Positions 25,696 to 35,336 of a stretch of DNA of 42,530 bases are shown here, piece by piece. A model generated the notes under the pieces. That model saw nothing but the letters and a program-made list of their open reading frames with translations. It did not search any database and was not told where the DNA came from. The stretch is from an uncultured bacterium (GTDB lineage: Bacteria > B130-G9). The number at the start of each line of letters is the position of its first letter. The first letter of the stretch is position 1. The stretch is from contig CBDVDH010000031.1 of NCBI GenBank assembly GCA_965372715.1, forward strand, positions 1-42,530, given 5' to 3'. The translations under genes were made by a program, and so were the position numbers.

Positions 25696-28600
25696 ATGAA
25701 AATCAAAGAAAGATTAACGCTCGTTCTTCTGATCATGTCGCTGGTTACGCTTGCCGTCACCGGTATCGTTTCGTACACGATCGCCAAGCGAGCTCTCACC
25801 CGGCAGGTCCTCGATCAACTTCAATCCGTTGCATCAATCCAGGAGAACAGGCTCGTTGCCATCATTGAGCGGAACCTTGAAAGGCTAGCCCTGGTCTCGA
25901 GCCGAACTCAACTGCGGCTCAGTCTAGAGAGCTTTGTCAAGAACCCTCAAAAAGAGTCTCAGGACAAGATGAATCGGATACTGCGTGACGCGGTCACCTC
26001 AATCACCTGCATAAGGAAGGCATCTGTACTGAATCTCGAGGGAGAAGTGGTTGCCTGCACGGATTCGGCAGAGATCGGAGCGAGCTGGGCCCACGAAGAA
26101 TGCTTTCTCAGAGGCCGAACAGCCAATCGCGCGGACCAGCTCCATCTGGATAAGGACGGGAATCTGGATCTGCACTTGTCTGGGCCGCTGCGCCTCAATG
26201 GCACGCTGTTGGGCGTTGTATTGATCGATGTTGATGCACAGGACATCGTCTCGTTGGTCAAGGACTACACCGGGCTGGGGAAGACGGGCGAGGCGCTTGT
26301 GGGCAGATTGGGGCCCGAAGGCGACGGGATATTCTTGACCCCGCTGCGTTTCGACAAAGATGCTGCGCTGAGGAGAAGAGTGTCCAAGGAGGCCTTGGAG
26401 TCGCCGGCGATGCAAGCTCTGCTGAAGCACGAGGGGCTATTCCTCGAGACAGTCGATTACCGCGGCGAGCCTGTTTTAGCGGCAACTCGTTACATCGAGG
26501 CAATCGGCTGGGGCCTCGCTGTAAAGATTGACAAGTCCGAGGCGTTTGAACCCATAACCCGGCTGGGCCACCTGCTGATGTTCTTTGTCTTGGTTGCCTC
26601 TGCCCTGGCCGTCTATGTCTCCCTTTATCTTGCCAGGTCCATTGCGAGGCCCATCGCCAAGCTCGCGCACGTGACAGACAGAATCGCTCAAGGCGACCTG
26701 GAGGCAAGGGTGAAACCGACCTCAAAGGACGAGATCGGCAATCTGGGGCAGACCTTCAATCAGATGGCCGAGTCACTTAAGACAGACGTCGCCAGACGGG
26801 AGCGGACCGAGGCCAGGGCTGAGCATCTCAATCTAACGCTTCGTGCCATCCGTAACGTCAACCAGCTCATCACGCAGGAGAAGGACCGCGACAAACTGAT
26901 CAAAGGCGCGTGCGAGAACCTCACCCAGAATCGAGGGTATCATCACGCATGGATCGTGCTCTTGGATGAGTCAAGGCTCCTGTTGACGGCGGCCGAGTCC
27001 GGTTTGGGCGAGCATTTCCCATCCTTTCTGGAGCCAATTCAGCGGGGCGAGCTAATCAAGTGCGGCCAAACTGCGCTTGAGCAATCCGGCATCCTGGCGA
27101 TCGAAGACGTGGGATCCATATGCATTGGCTGTCCTTTGTTTGCTCCACACCGAGGTCAAGGGGTGTTTGTCACACGCCTGGAGTACGAAGGAAAGACATA
27201 CGGTGTCTTGGGCGTCTCCATCCCGTCTCAGCTCGCCTCGGACGAAGAGGAGCGTTCCTTGTTCACAGAGCTTGCGGGTGATCTGGGCTTCGCACTTCAC
27301 AATATTGAGGCTGAAGAAGAACGCCAGTGGGCGGAGGAGGCGCTGCACAAGAGCGAGCACAGATACCGGACGTTGGTTGAGAATCTTCCACAGAAGATAT
27401 TCGTTAAGGACAGGGAGTCCCGGTATGTTTCATGCAACGAGAACTTCGCCAGCGACTTGGGGATCTCAGCTGAGGAGTTCGCTCGGAAGACGGATTACGA
27501 CTTTTTTCCGAAGGAGCTAGCCGACAAATACCGAGCCGACGATAAGCGAATCATGGCCAGCAGGGAGATCGAGGAGCTGGACGAGAAATATCTTCAAGAT
27601 GGTGAGGAACGAACTGTCCATACAGTCAAAACACCCTTGAGAGACGATGAGGGCAATGTTACCGGGATATTGGGCATTTTCTGGGATATCACGGAGCGCA
27701 AACGAGCGGAGGATCGCCTTAGGCTCTCTATTCAGGTGCTGGAAGTGCTCAGCCAGAGGCTTGAGGCACAGGAGATTGCCCGCTCAGTTCTTCTCTTGAT
27801 ACAACGGGCCTGGGGATTCGAAGCCGTCGGTCTGCGCTTTCAAGAGGGTGAGGACTTCCCCTTTTACGAGACACACGGATTCCCCGATGACTTCCTGGAG
27901 GTAGAGAATACTCTATGCGCTGTGGATCAAGCGGGAGAAACGGTTCGAGACTCGGACGGTCATGCGTATCTGGAGTGCATGTGTGGCAACGTGATCAGCG
28001 GACGCACCGACTCATCATTGCCGTTCTTCACAGAGGGTGGCAGCTTCTGGACCAATTGCACGAGCGACCTTCTCGCCTCGACTACCGAGGAAGAGCGCCA
28101 GGCCCACACGCGCAACTACTGCAATACCTGGGGCTATGAATCCATGGCGCTCATACCGCTGAAGTCAGGAGAGCAGCCTCTTGGGCTCCTTCAGCTGAAC
28201 GATACTCGCAAGGATATGTTTAATCTCGAGATGATAAGATTCTTCGAGGGTATCGGGGTGAGCATTGGCCTGGCAATCTCCGGCAAACGGGCGCAGGAGG
28301 AATTGGCTCGGCACCGCGCACACCTAAAGGAATTGGTCAAGGAAAGAACACGAGAGCTTGAGGAGACCCACGAACAGCTCGTCCGGCAGGAGAGATTGGC
28401 CGTCCTCGGTCAGCTCGCTGGCGGCGTGGGGCACGAGCTGCGCAACCCGCTGGGCTCGATCAAGAACGCCGCTTATTTCCTTAACATGGTCCTCGAAGTG
28501 CACGACCCGGAAGTTGGTGAGGCGCTCCAGATACTTCAGAAGGAAGTCTCAAGATCAGAGGGGATCATTAGCAGCCTCCTTGATTTCGCTCGACCGAAGC

Positions 28601-29052
28601 GCCCTGCCCTCCAGATGGTGGAAGTCAATGACCTCATCCAGCAGTCCTTGAGCGGTATATCCATGCCCGATAATGTAAAGATCGAGACTCCTCTGTCCGA
28701 ATCGCTGCCATTGATCGAGGCTGACCCGGATCAGCTCGCCATGATCTTTAGGAATCTCATACTCAACTCGATCCAAGCCATGGAGGGAGGAGGTCAGCTA
28801 ACCGTCGAATCAAAAGCATTGGACGACAACTGGATTGGCATCTCTTTCATCGACAACGGACATGGAATGAGCCAGGAGGACGTGGCGAGGATCTTCGAAC
28901 CCCTCTTCACAACCAAGGCCAAGGGCATTGGATTGGGATTGGCTCTATCCCGGCATGTAGCAGAGGCTCATGGTGGGGCCATAGAAGTACAAAGCGAATT
29001 GGGCAAAGGCAGCATCTTCACCATCAGGCTACCCGTCAAAGGAGGCCCGTGA
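25696..29052 (+). CDS. membrane sensor histidine kinase (Cache-HAMP-GAF-PAS-GAF-HisKA-HATPase)
   Basis: Two TMs flanking a Cache-like domain (VDYRGEPV), HAMP (DEIGNLGQTFNQM), PAS/PAC (WDITERK), H-box HELRNPL, N/G1/F/G2 boxes. Confidence 0.95.
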   Translation: MKIKERLTLVLLIMSLVTLAVTGIVSYTIAKRALTRQVLDQLQSVASIQENRLVAIIERNLERLALVSSRTQLRLSLESFVKNPQKESQDKMNRILRDAVTSITCIRKASVLNLEGEVVACTDSAEIGASWAHEECFLRGRTANRADQLHLDKDGNLDLHLSGPLRLNGTLLGVVLIDVDAQDIVSLVKDYTGLGKTGEALVGRLGPEGDGIFLTPLRFDKDAALRRRVSKEALESPAMQALLKHEGLFLETVDYRGEPVLAATRYIEAIGWGLAVKIDKSEAFEPITRLGHLLMFFVLVASALAVYVSLYLARSIARPIAKLAHVTDRIAQGDLEARVKPTSKDEIGNLGQTFNQMAESLKTDVARRERTEARAEHLNLTLRAIRNVNQLITQEKDRDKLIKGACENLTQNRGYHHAWIVLLDESRLLLTAAESGLGEHFPSFLEPIQRGELIKCGQTALEQSGILAIEDVGSICIGCPLFAPHRGQGVFVTRLEYEGKTYGVLGVSIPSQLASDEEERSLFTELAGDLGFALHNIEAEEERQWAEEALHKSEHRYRTLVENLPQKIFVKDRESRYVSCNENFASDLGISAEEFARKTDYDFFPKELADKYRADDKRIMASREIEELDEKYLQDGEERTVHTVKTPLRDDEGNVTGILGIFWDITERKRAEDRLRLSIQVLEVLSQRLEAQEIARSVLLLIQRAWGFEAVGLRFQEGEDFPFYETHGFPDDFLEVENTLCAVDQAGETVRDSDGHAYLECMCGNVISGRTDSSLPFFTEGGSFWTNCTSDLLASTTEEERQAHTRNYCNTWGYESMALIPLKSGEQPLGLLQLNDTRKDMFNLEMIRFFEGIGVSIGLAISGKRAQEELARHRAHLKELVKERTRELEETHEQLVRQERLAVLGQLAGGVGHELRNPLGSIKNAAYFLNMVLEVHDPEVGEALQILQKEVSRSEGIISSLLDFARPKRPALQMVEVNDLIQQSLSGISMPDNVKIETPLSESLPLIEADPDQLAMIFRNLILNSIQAMEGGGQLTVESKALDDNWIGISFIDNGHGMSQEDVARIFEPLFTTKAKGIGLGLALSRHVAEAHGGAIEVQSELGKGSIFTIRLPVKGGP

Positions 29053-29059
29053 AGACAGC

Positions 29060-29866
29060 ATGAAAGACCAGACAAACATCCTGATTGTTGACGACGACAC
29101 CAGCTTCCGTAGGAGTATGTCACTCATCTTGGCGCGCGAGGGGTACTCAGTCCAAACCGCCAAGGATGGGCCGGAGGCCCTCGCTAAGGCTACTGAGACC
29201 GCGTTCAGGACGATCTTCATGGACATTAAAATGCCGGTCATGAACGGTGTTGAGGCATACAAAAAAATCAAGAACATCAGACCCGAGGCCGAGATTGTCA
29301 TGATGACCGCTTATAGTGTCGAGGAGTTGATTCAGGAAGCGATTCAGGAGGGCGCGTTTGCGGTGATCTACAAGCCTGTTGACATCGAGAAGGTCATCGC
29401 GCTCATCGGGGGAGTGACGGCAAGGAGCGGGCGAGTGACGGCAATGGGCGGGGGAGTGACGGCAAGGGGCCAGAGGGTGTCGATCCTGCTCGTGGATGAC
29501 GATCCCGTGTTTTGCGACGGCCTGAAGGACATGCTGGCCATTGATGATTACGACGTGGATATCGCGCTGACCGGGGAGGAGGCTGTTTCCGCTTCTCGAA
29601 GAAGGCCGTACGACGTAGTATGCATAGATTGCAGACTCCCGAATATGAATGGTCTGGAAACCTATATTGCCATCAAGGAGATCCGCCCGCACACGACAGC
29701 TATCATGATGACTGGATATCGAGAGGAGATGGCTGAGCTGGTGGAACATGCTATAGCCAGCTGCGCCTACTCATGCCTCTATAAGCCCTTTGAGACAAGA
29801 GAGCTCCTGAAGCTGATCGACGAGATCGGCAGTAGGACTAATGCGGCAAAACGACCTCAGGAATGA
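29060..29866 (+). CDS. response regulator with two receiver domains
   Basis: ILIVDDD..MDIKMP..MMTAY..YKP and ILLVDDD..IDCRLP..MMTGY..YKP. Confidence 0.93.
   Translation: MKDQTNILIVDDDTSFRRSMSLILAREGYSVQTAKDGPEALAKATETAFRTIFMDIKMPVMNGVEAYKKIKNIRPEAEIVMMTAYSVEELIQEAIQEGAFAVIYKPVDIEKVIALIGGVTARSGRVTAMGGGVTARGQRVSILLVDDDPVFCDGLKDMLAIDDYDVDIALTGEEAVSASRRRPYDVVCIDCRLPNMNGLETYIAIKEIRPHTTAIMMTGYREEMAELVEHAIASCAYSCLYKPFETRELLKLIDEIGSRTNAAKRPQE
29411..29473 (+). repeat. 3 x 21-nt in-frame tandem repeat in the REC-REC linker
   Basis: GGAGTGACGGCAAGGAGCGGG / CGAGTGACGGCAATGGGCGGG / GGAGTGACGGCAAGGGGCCAG. Confidence 0.9.
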
Positions 29867-29870
29867 GCCA

Positions 29871-31562
29871 ATGGGCGAGAGAGCAAACATTCTCATAGTT
29901 GACGATGACGTGAGTGCCGGCAGAAGCCTGGAGCTCATATTATCCAAGGCCGGGTATGGGATAGAGAGAGTCACCTCTGGGAAAGAGGCCCTCGAGAAGG
30001 CTCAGGTAGGGTACTACAACCTCGCGTTACTGGACGTCAAACTGCCGGACATGGGTGGTGTGCGCGTGCTCACGGCGCTCAAGCGAATCCATCCCGACAT
30101 GACGGTCATAATGATAACCGGGTACGCCTCATTGGAGTCGTCAATATCCTCGCTGAACAAGGGGGCATCAGCATACATAACGAAGCCATTGGACTTAGAC
30201 AATGTGCTGGCTGAGGTCTCCCGGGCCCTGGAAAAGCAGCGCCTAATAATGGAGAACAGGAGGCTCTACGAGGAGGTTAGGCAAGCCCTAGCAGAGAGTA
30301 AGAAGACAGAAAAAGCGCTGCGGGAGAATGAGGAACGTTTTCGCTCTTTGGTCGAGACTTCCGCCGACTTCGTGTGGGAGACAGATGAAAACGATGTCTA
30401 TACCTACGCCAGTCCAAAGATACGCGACATATTGGGTTACGAGCCTGAAGAGGTGCTGGGCAAGACGCCCTTCGACCTGAAGGCCCCAGAGGAGGCCACT
30501 CGTGTTGCTGAGATTTCTCGTTCCATAGTCGCCTCGCAAAGACCTTTCTCGCTTCTCGAGAACAAGCACCTTCACAAAGATGGGCATCTAGTCATTCTCG
30601 AGTCCAGCGGCGTCCCATTCTTCGACAGCGACGGGACATTTCGCGGCTATCGTGGCATTGACCGGGACATCACGGAGCGCAAGGTCCTTCAGAGCCAGCT
30701 GGCGCAGGCGCAGAGGCTGGAGGCGATTGGGCAGTTGGCGGCGGGCATTGCGCACGAGATCAACACACCGACCCAGTATGTGGGTGACAATGTCAGCTTC
30801 CTTAAAGACGTGTCCCAAGACATCATGAAGCTGCAAGGCGAATACGGCAGGTTGCTCGACGCAGCCAGGGACGGCACAATCACGCCAGAGCTCATATCTG
30901 AGATCAGCGCCGTTGCCAAGGAAGTGGACGTGGGCTTTCTGAGCCGGGAGATGCCGTCGGCGGCAGAGCAGGCTCTGGAGGGAGTGGAACGCATCAGCAA
31001 CATCGTCCGTGCGATGCGGCAATTCGCGCATCCTGGCGCCGAGGAGAAAGTGGCGACAGACGTCAACAGAGCAATTGAGAATACAGTCATGGTCTCTCGC
31101 AACGAGTGGAAGTACGTGGCGGACATGGAGACCGATCTGGACCCGGACCTGCCTTTTGTTCAGCTCTTGCCCGGTGAGTTCAACCAGGTCATCTTGAACA
31201 TGATTGTCAACGCGGCACATTCAATTGCTAATGTGGTCGGCGACGGATCGGGCGGCAAGGGCAAGATAACCATCAAGACGAGGCGCAACGGCGAACTGGC
31301 TGAGATACGCGTCAGCGACACCGGAACGGGCATTCCTGAGAAGCTCAGGGACAGAGTGTTTGACCCATTCTTCACGACCAAGGAGGTCGGCAAGGGAACA
31401 GGCCAGGGACTGGCAATCGCACATGTCGTCATCGTTGACAAACACAATGGGACTATCGCCTTGGAGTCGGAAGAAGGAAAAGGAGCGTCCTTCATCGTCC
31501 GGCTGCCCATCGGCCCCGATGACTGTCTCAAAGACCAAGACAACGAAGGGGTGCGGCACTGA
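29871..31562 (+). CDS. hybrid histidine kinase (REC-PAS-HisKA-HATPase)
   Basis: N-terminal REC (LDVKLPD), PAS (RDITERK), HEINTP, NMIVNA, DTGTG, FFTTK, GTGQGL. Confidence 0.94.
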   Translation: MGERANILIVDDDVSAGRSLELILSKAGYGIERVTSGKEALEKAQVGYYNLALLDVKLPDMGGVRVLTALKRIHPDMTVIMITGYASLESSISSLNKGASAYITKPLDLDNVLAEVSRALEKQRLIMENRRLYEEVRQALAESKKTEKALRENEERFRSLVETSADFVWETDENDVYTYASPKIRDILGYEPEEVLGKTPFDLKAPEEATRVAEISRSIVASQRPFSLLENKHLHKDGHLVILESSGVPFFDSDGTFRGYRGIDRDITERKVLQSQLAQAQRLEAIGQLAAGIAHEINTPTQYVGDNVSFLKDVSQDIMKLQGEYGRLLDAARDGTITPELISEISAVAKEVDVGFLSREMPSAAEQALEGVERISNIVRAMRQFAHPGAEEKVATDVNRAIENTVMVSRNEWKYVADMETDLDPDLPFVQLLPGEFNQVILNMIVNAAHSIANVVGDGSGGKGKITIKTRRNGELAEIRVSDTGTGIPEKLRDRVFDPFFTTKEVGKGTGQGLAIAHVVIVDKHNGTIALESEEGKGASFIVRLPIGPDDCLKDQDNEGVRH

Positions 31563-32707
31563 AGAAACGGATTCTGTTCGTGGACGACGAGCCGAATGTC
31601 CTCAACGGGCTTCGGCGCCTTCTGCATGACCAAAGGGACGTTTGGGACATGAGTTTCGCGACCAGCGCGGACGAGGCGCTGGAGCTGGTGGCAAGGAAGC
31701 TGCCTGACGCGATAGTGACCGACATCAACATGCCGGGCAAGAGTGGCCTGGAGCTTTTGGCGGAATTGAAGGGGGCTGACGCGACACGGGAAATAGAGGT
31801 GGCAATGCTCACGGGGCTCAAAGAACAGGACCTCAAGCGTCGGGCGCTAGAACTAGGGGCGACTGACCTCCTTAACAAGCCCGTGCACAAGGACGACCTC
31901 ATCACTCGCCTCAACAGCATGCTCCGCATGAAGTGCTACCGGGAGACGCTGCACGCGCAAGCCGAGGCGCTCAAGGAACAGCTGATCCGTTCCCAGAAGA
32001 TGGAGGTGCTCGGCGTACTCGCCGCCGGCGTGGCCCACGATGTCAACAATGCCCTGACACTAATAATGGTCCACAGCGAGTTGGCGGCTATGGAACTGGC
32101 CAAGAGCTCGCCGACGGTGAAGAGCATCAAGAACATCGAGTGTGCTTGCGAACACGCAGCTAACATTATCCAACAGGTCTTGCGATTCACATGCGATTCT
32201 GGCGCGCGCCGCGGGCTGTGCGATTTGGGCGAGGTAGTTGATAAGAGCCTGGAGCTCTTGAGTCCGTCTATCCCGGCGGGGATCGAGGTCGATTGGGCAG
32301 GTGCAGGAGCCGAGCACTGGATCGAGGCGGACTCTACGCAGATGTATCAGGTTCTAATTAACCTCTGCCTTAACGCTTGCCAGGCCATGGGGGACGAGGG
32401 TGAGCTCAAGATAGAGCTTTGCCAGACTGAAATTCGTGCCGAATCGCTGCCGTCAGACGTGAATGTCAGCCCTGGGGAATACGTGAAGTTCTTGGTGTCC
32501 GACACCGGCGGCGGCATGGACGAGGGTGTCCTTGAGCGCGCGTTTGATCCATTGGTCACGACAAAAACACAAGGCTCGGGCCTCGGACTTTCTGTCGTTA
32601 AGTGGATTGTGAAAGACCACGGCGGCTTTGTAACGGTTGAAACCTCAGCCGGCAAGGGCGCCACATTCTCGGTCTATCTGCCCTGCGCCGCGGGCAGGTC
32701 GGCTTGA
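31559..32707 (+). CDS. hybrid histidine kinase (REC-HisKA-HATPase), probable CTG start
   Basis: LKKRILFVDDE REC start lies upstream of the called GTG 31580; HDVNN, NLCLNA, DTGGG, GSGLGL. Confidence 0.88.
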   Translation: MKKRILFVDDEPNVLNGLRRLLHDQRDVWDMSFATSADEALELVARKLPDAIVTDINMPGKSGLELLAELKGADATREIEVAMLTGLKEQDLKRRALELGATDLLNKPVHKDDLITRLNSMLRMKCYRETLHAQAEALKEQLIRSQKMEVLGVLAAGVAHDVNNALTLIMVHSELAAMELAKSSPTVKSIKNIECACEHAANIIQQVLRFTCDSGARRGLCDLGEVVDKSLELLSPSIPAGIEVDWAGAGAEHWIEADSTQMYQVLINLCLNACQAMGDEGELKIELCQTEIRAESLPSDVNVSPGEYVKFLVSDTGGGMDEGVLERAFDPLVTTKTQGSGLGLSVVKWIVKDHGGFVTVETSAGKGATFSVYLPCAAGRSA

Positions 32708-32711
32708 GGTT

Positions 32712-32734
32712 GTGGGGCGGCTTTCTAGCCTGCC
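32712..32734 (+). repeat. single REP-like hairpin inside the signalling operon
   Basis: GTGGGGCGGCTTTCTAGCCTGCC resembles the arm at 42276-42299. Confidence 0.55.
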
Positions 32735-32758
32735 GAAGTGGGATGAGGGGATAACAAG

Positions 32759-33964
32759 ATGAAGAAGATACTCTTCGTGGATGACCAGCCTTCTGTGCTC
32801 CAGGGGCTTCGGCGGATGCTTCATGGCATGCGCGGCGACTGGGATACGAGCTTTGCCGAGAGCGGCCAGGAGGCCTTGGACCTTCTTGATAAGGACAAGT
32901 TTGATGTCATCGTGAGCGACATGCGGATGCCAGGGATGGACGGCGCACAACTCTTGGCCGAGGTTCGGGAGCGATATCCATATATTGTGCGGATAGTCTT
33001 ATCCGGTTACTCGGATCAGGAAACCGTACTACGCTCGGTCGCGGCGGCCCACCAATACCTCTCAAAGCCATGTGATGTAGCAACGCTTAAGTCCACCATT
33101 TCGCGTGCCTGCTCACTTAGAGCGCTTCTGAGCAATGAGAGCATCCAACGATGTATCTCGACGCTGAAATCGCTGCCGAGCCTTCCATCGCTATACGTTA
33201 GACTCATGGATGAGCTGAGATCGCCTTCCCCGTCGATTGCGAAAGTTGGGGAAGTGATTTCCAGCGATGTGGGTATGACCGCCAAGATACTTCAACTCGT
33301 CAATTCCGCGTTTTTCGGTATCAGCCAACACGTTTCGAGCCCCACTCAGGCCGTAAATCTGCTGGGGTTCGAGACGATCAAGTCGCTGGTTCTGTCGGCA
33401 CAGGTGTTTTCACAATTCGAGGCGCAGCGACTGCCGGCGCATCTGGCAAGCCACCTCTGGGACCACAGTCTGGCGACCGGGGCCTACGCCCGGGCCATCG
33501 CCCGACTCGAGGACTCCGACGTGCGGACATCGGACCACGCGTTCGTGGCCGGGCTGCTTCACGATGTTGGCAAGCTCGTGCTGGCCGTCAACCTCTTCGA
33601 CCGATACAGCAAGGCGCTCGATTTATCAGAGCGCGAGAACCTGCCTTTGGTCACCGCGGAGCTGAAAACGCTGGGAGTAACCCACGCAGAGGTCGGTGCG
33701 TATCTCTTGGGCCTTTGGGGACTTCCGGACCCAATCGTCGAGGCGGTTGCCTTTCATCATTACCCGGCTGAGTGTCCAACAGAGTGCTTCATCCCGCTGA
33801 CGGCGGTGCATGTGGCCGACATTATCCAGCACGAGGTGCACCCAGACGCGACCGAGGTTGTATCCCACGCTGATCTTGACCATCTTGGCAGACTGGGTCT
33901 TGGAAAACGTTTTGACGCATGGCGGGACGCCTGCGAGAGTGTAAACAACAAGGGAGATGAATAA
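32759..33964 (+). CDS. response regulator with an HDOD domain
   Basis: REC (SDMRMP); LPSLP, AKILQLVNSAFFG, LWDHS, AGLLHDVGKL, THAEVGAYLLGLWGLP, FHH. Confidence 0.95.
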   Translation: MKKILFVDDQPSVLQGLRRMLHGMRGDWDTSFAESGQEALDLLDKDKFDVIVSDMRMPGMDGAQLLAEVRERYPYIVRIVLSGYSDQETVLRSVAAAHQYLSKPCDVATLKSTISRACSLRALLSNESIQRCISTLKSLPSLPSLYVRLMDELRSPSPSIAKVGEVISSDVGMTAKILQLVNSAFFGISQHVSSPTQAVNLLGFETIKSLVLSAQVFSQFEAQRLPAHLASHLWDHSLATGAYARAIARLEDSDVRTSDHAFVAGLLHDVGKLVLAVNLFDRYSKALDLSERENLPLVTAELKTLGVTHAEVGAYLLGLWGLPDPIVEAVAFHHYPAECPTECFIPLTAVHVADIIQHEVHPDATEVVSHADLDHLGRLGLGKRFDAWRDACESVNNKGDE

Positions 33965-35130
33965 TGCCTGAGAGGATACTCTTCGTTGACGATGATCCCA
34001 GTATTCTGGCTGGCTTCAGACGGCAGCTGCACAAACAGTTCGACGTCTCTACGGCTGAGAGCGGCCAGGCTGGCCTCGACCTGATCGTTGACAGCGCGCC
34101 GTTCGTGGTCATTGTTGCTGACATGAATATGCCAGGCATCGACGGCATCCAGTTTTTGAGGCAGGTCAAGAAGATTGCGCCTGACACGGTGCGGATAATG
34201 CTGACGGGCCAATCCGACATGCAGGTTGCCATCGAAGCGGTCAACGAGGGCAGTATCTTTCGTTTCTTGACGAAGCCCTGCCCGGCCGACGTCCTTGTCA
34301 AGTCGCTTGCGGCCGGGATCGAGCAGTATCGGCTCATTACCGCCGAGAAGGAGCTCCTAGAGAAGACCTTGAGCGGTAGTGTCAAGGTGTTGAGCGACGT
34401 GCTGGCACTGACCAGAACCAAGTCGTTCGGCCACGCTCAAAGGGTCAGGCGCCTCGTGAAGGAGCTCATGTCCCGCTTACGCATCGGCAGCGCCTGGGAA
34501 ATAGACGTTGCCGCAATGCTCTCGCAGATCGGCTGCGTCACGGTACCAGACGAGGTGCTGGTCAAGTTCTACAAAGGTGCCGAGGTCACCCAGGATGAGC
34601 GGCAGATGTTCCATGCACACCCCGCGATTGGTGCAGAGCTCATCCAAAGCATTCCGCGGCTCGAGAACGTCGCAAAGATCATCGCTTATCAGGAGAAGGG
34701 GTTCGACGGTTCCGGTGTCCCTCGGGATGACATAAGCGGGGAGGACATCCCTCTCGGGGCGAGGCTGCTAAAGATCACGCTGGATTTCGACAAACACACA
34801 ATGTCAGGCAGTAGCCTGCCCGATGCGCTCCAGCAGCTAACGAGAAGCAGCGCTCTATACGATCCTCGGGCGATGGAGGCCCTCCGCGAGGTCATTGCCG
34901 GAGAGCTCGTGTATGAGATTAAATCGATGAGGGTGGACGAGCTGCCACCCGGCATGATCCTGGGCGCCGACGTGAAGACAAGAGAGGATGTGCTCCTCGT
35001 TCCCAGGGGCCAAGAAGTAACGGCAACGCTGCTCTTGCGACTCAAGAACTTCGCCAAGATCGGTGTGATAGCGAACAGCGTCAGCGTCCTCGCCAGGGCC
35101 GATGGGTCTCCGGACACAGAGCAGGAATAG
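33964..35130 (+). CDS. response regulator with a degenerate HD-GYP-like domain
   Basis: REC (ADMNMP); GHAQRV, AAMLSQIG, HPAIG, YQEKGFDGSGVP, GEDIPLGAR. Confidence 0.9.
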   Translation: MPERILFVDDDPSILAGFRRQLHKQFDVSTAESGQAGLDLIVDSAPFVVIVADMNMPGIDGIQFLRQVKKIAPDTVRIMLTGQSDMQVAIEAVNEGSIFRFLTKPCPADVLVKSLAAGIEQYRLITAEKELLEKTLSGSVKVLSDVLALTRTKSFGHAQRVRRLVKELMSRLRIGSAWEIDVAAMLSQIGCVTVPDEVLVKFYKGAEVTQDERQMFHAHPAIGAELIQSIPRLENVAKIIAYQEKGFDGSGVPRDDISGEDIPLGARLLKITLDFDKHTMSGSSLPDALQQLTRSSALYDPRAMEALREVIAGELVYEIKSMRVDELPPGMILGADVKTREDVLLVPRGQEVTATLLLRLKNFAKIGVIANSVSVLARADGSPDTEQE

Positions 35131-35336
35131 CGCCGCACCGTCGCGATTGGCGGCCAACTACTGACGATTCAAGGAATCGGTAGGCGTCGGAGCGTAAGCC
35201 CGGTTTCCACCGGCTGACGGTAAGGACGTTGCTTGACTCTTGCAGCCCAGCGGCTGCTGCTGTATGATCCCCGTCCGTTGATGTTGAGGCGCAACGCCTT
35301 CCCAGCAGGAATTGATACTGATATCAGGGAGTCGAG

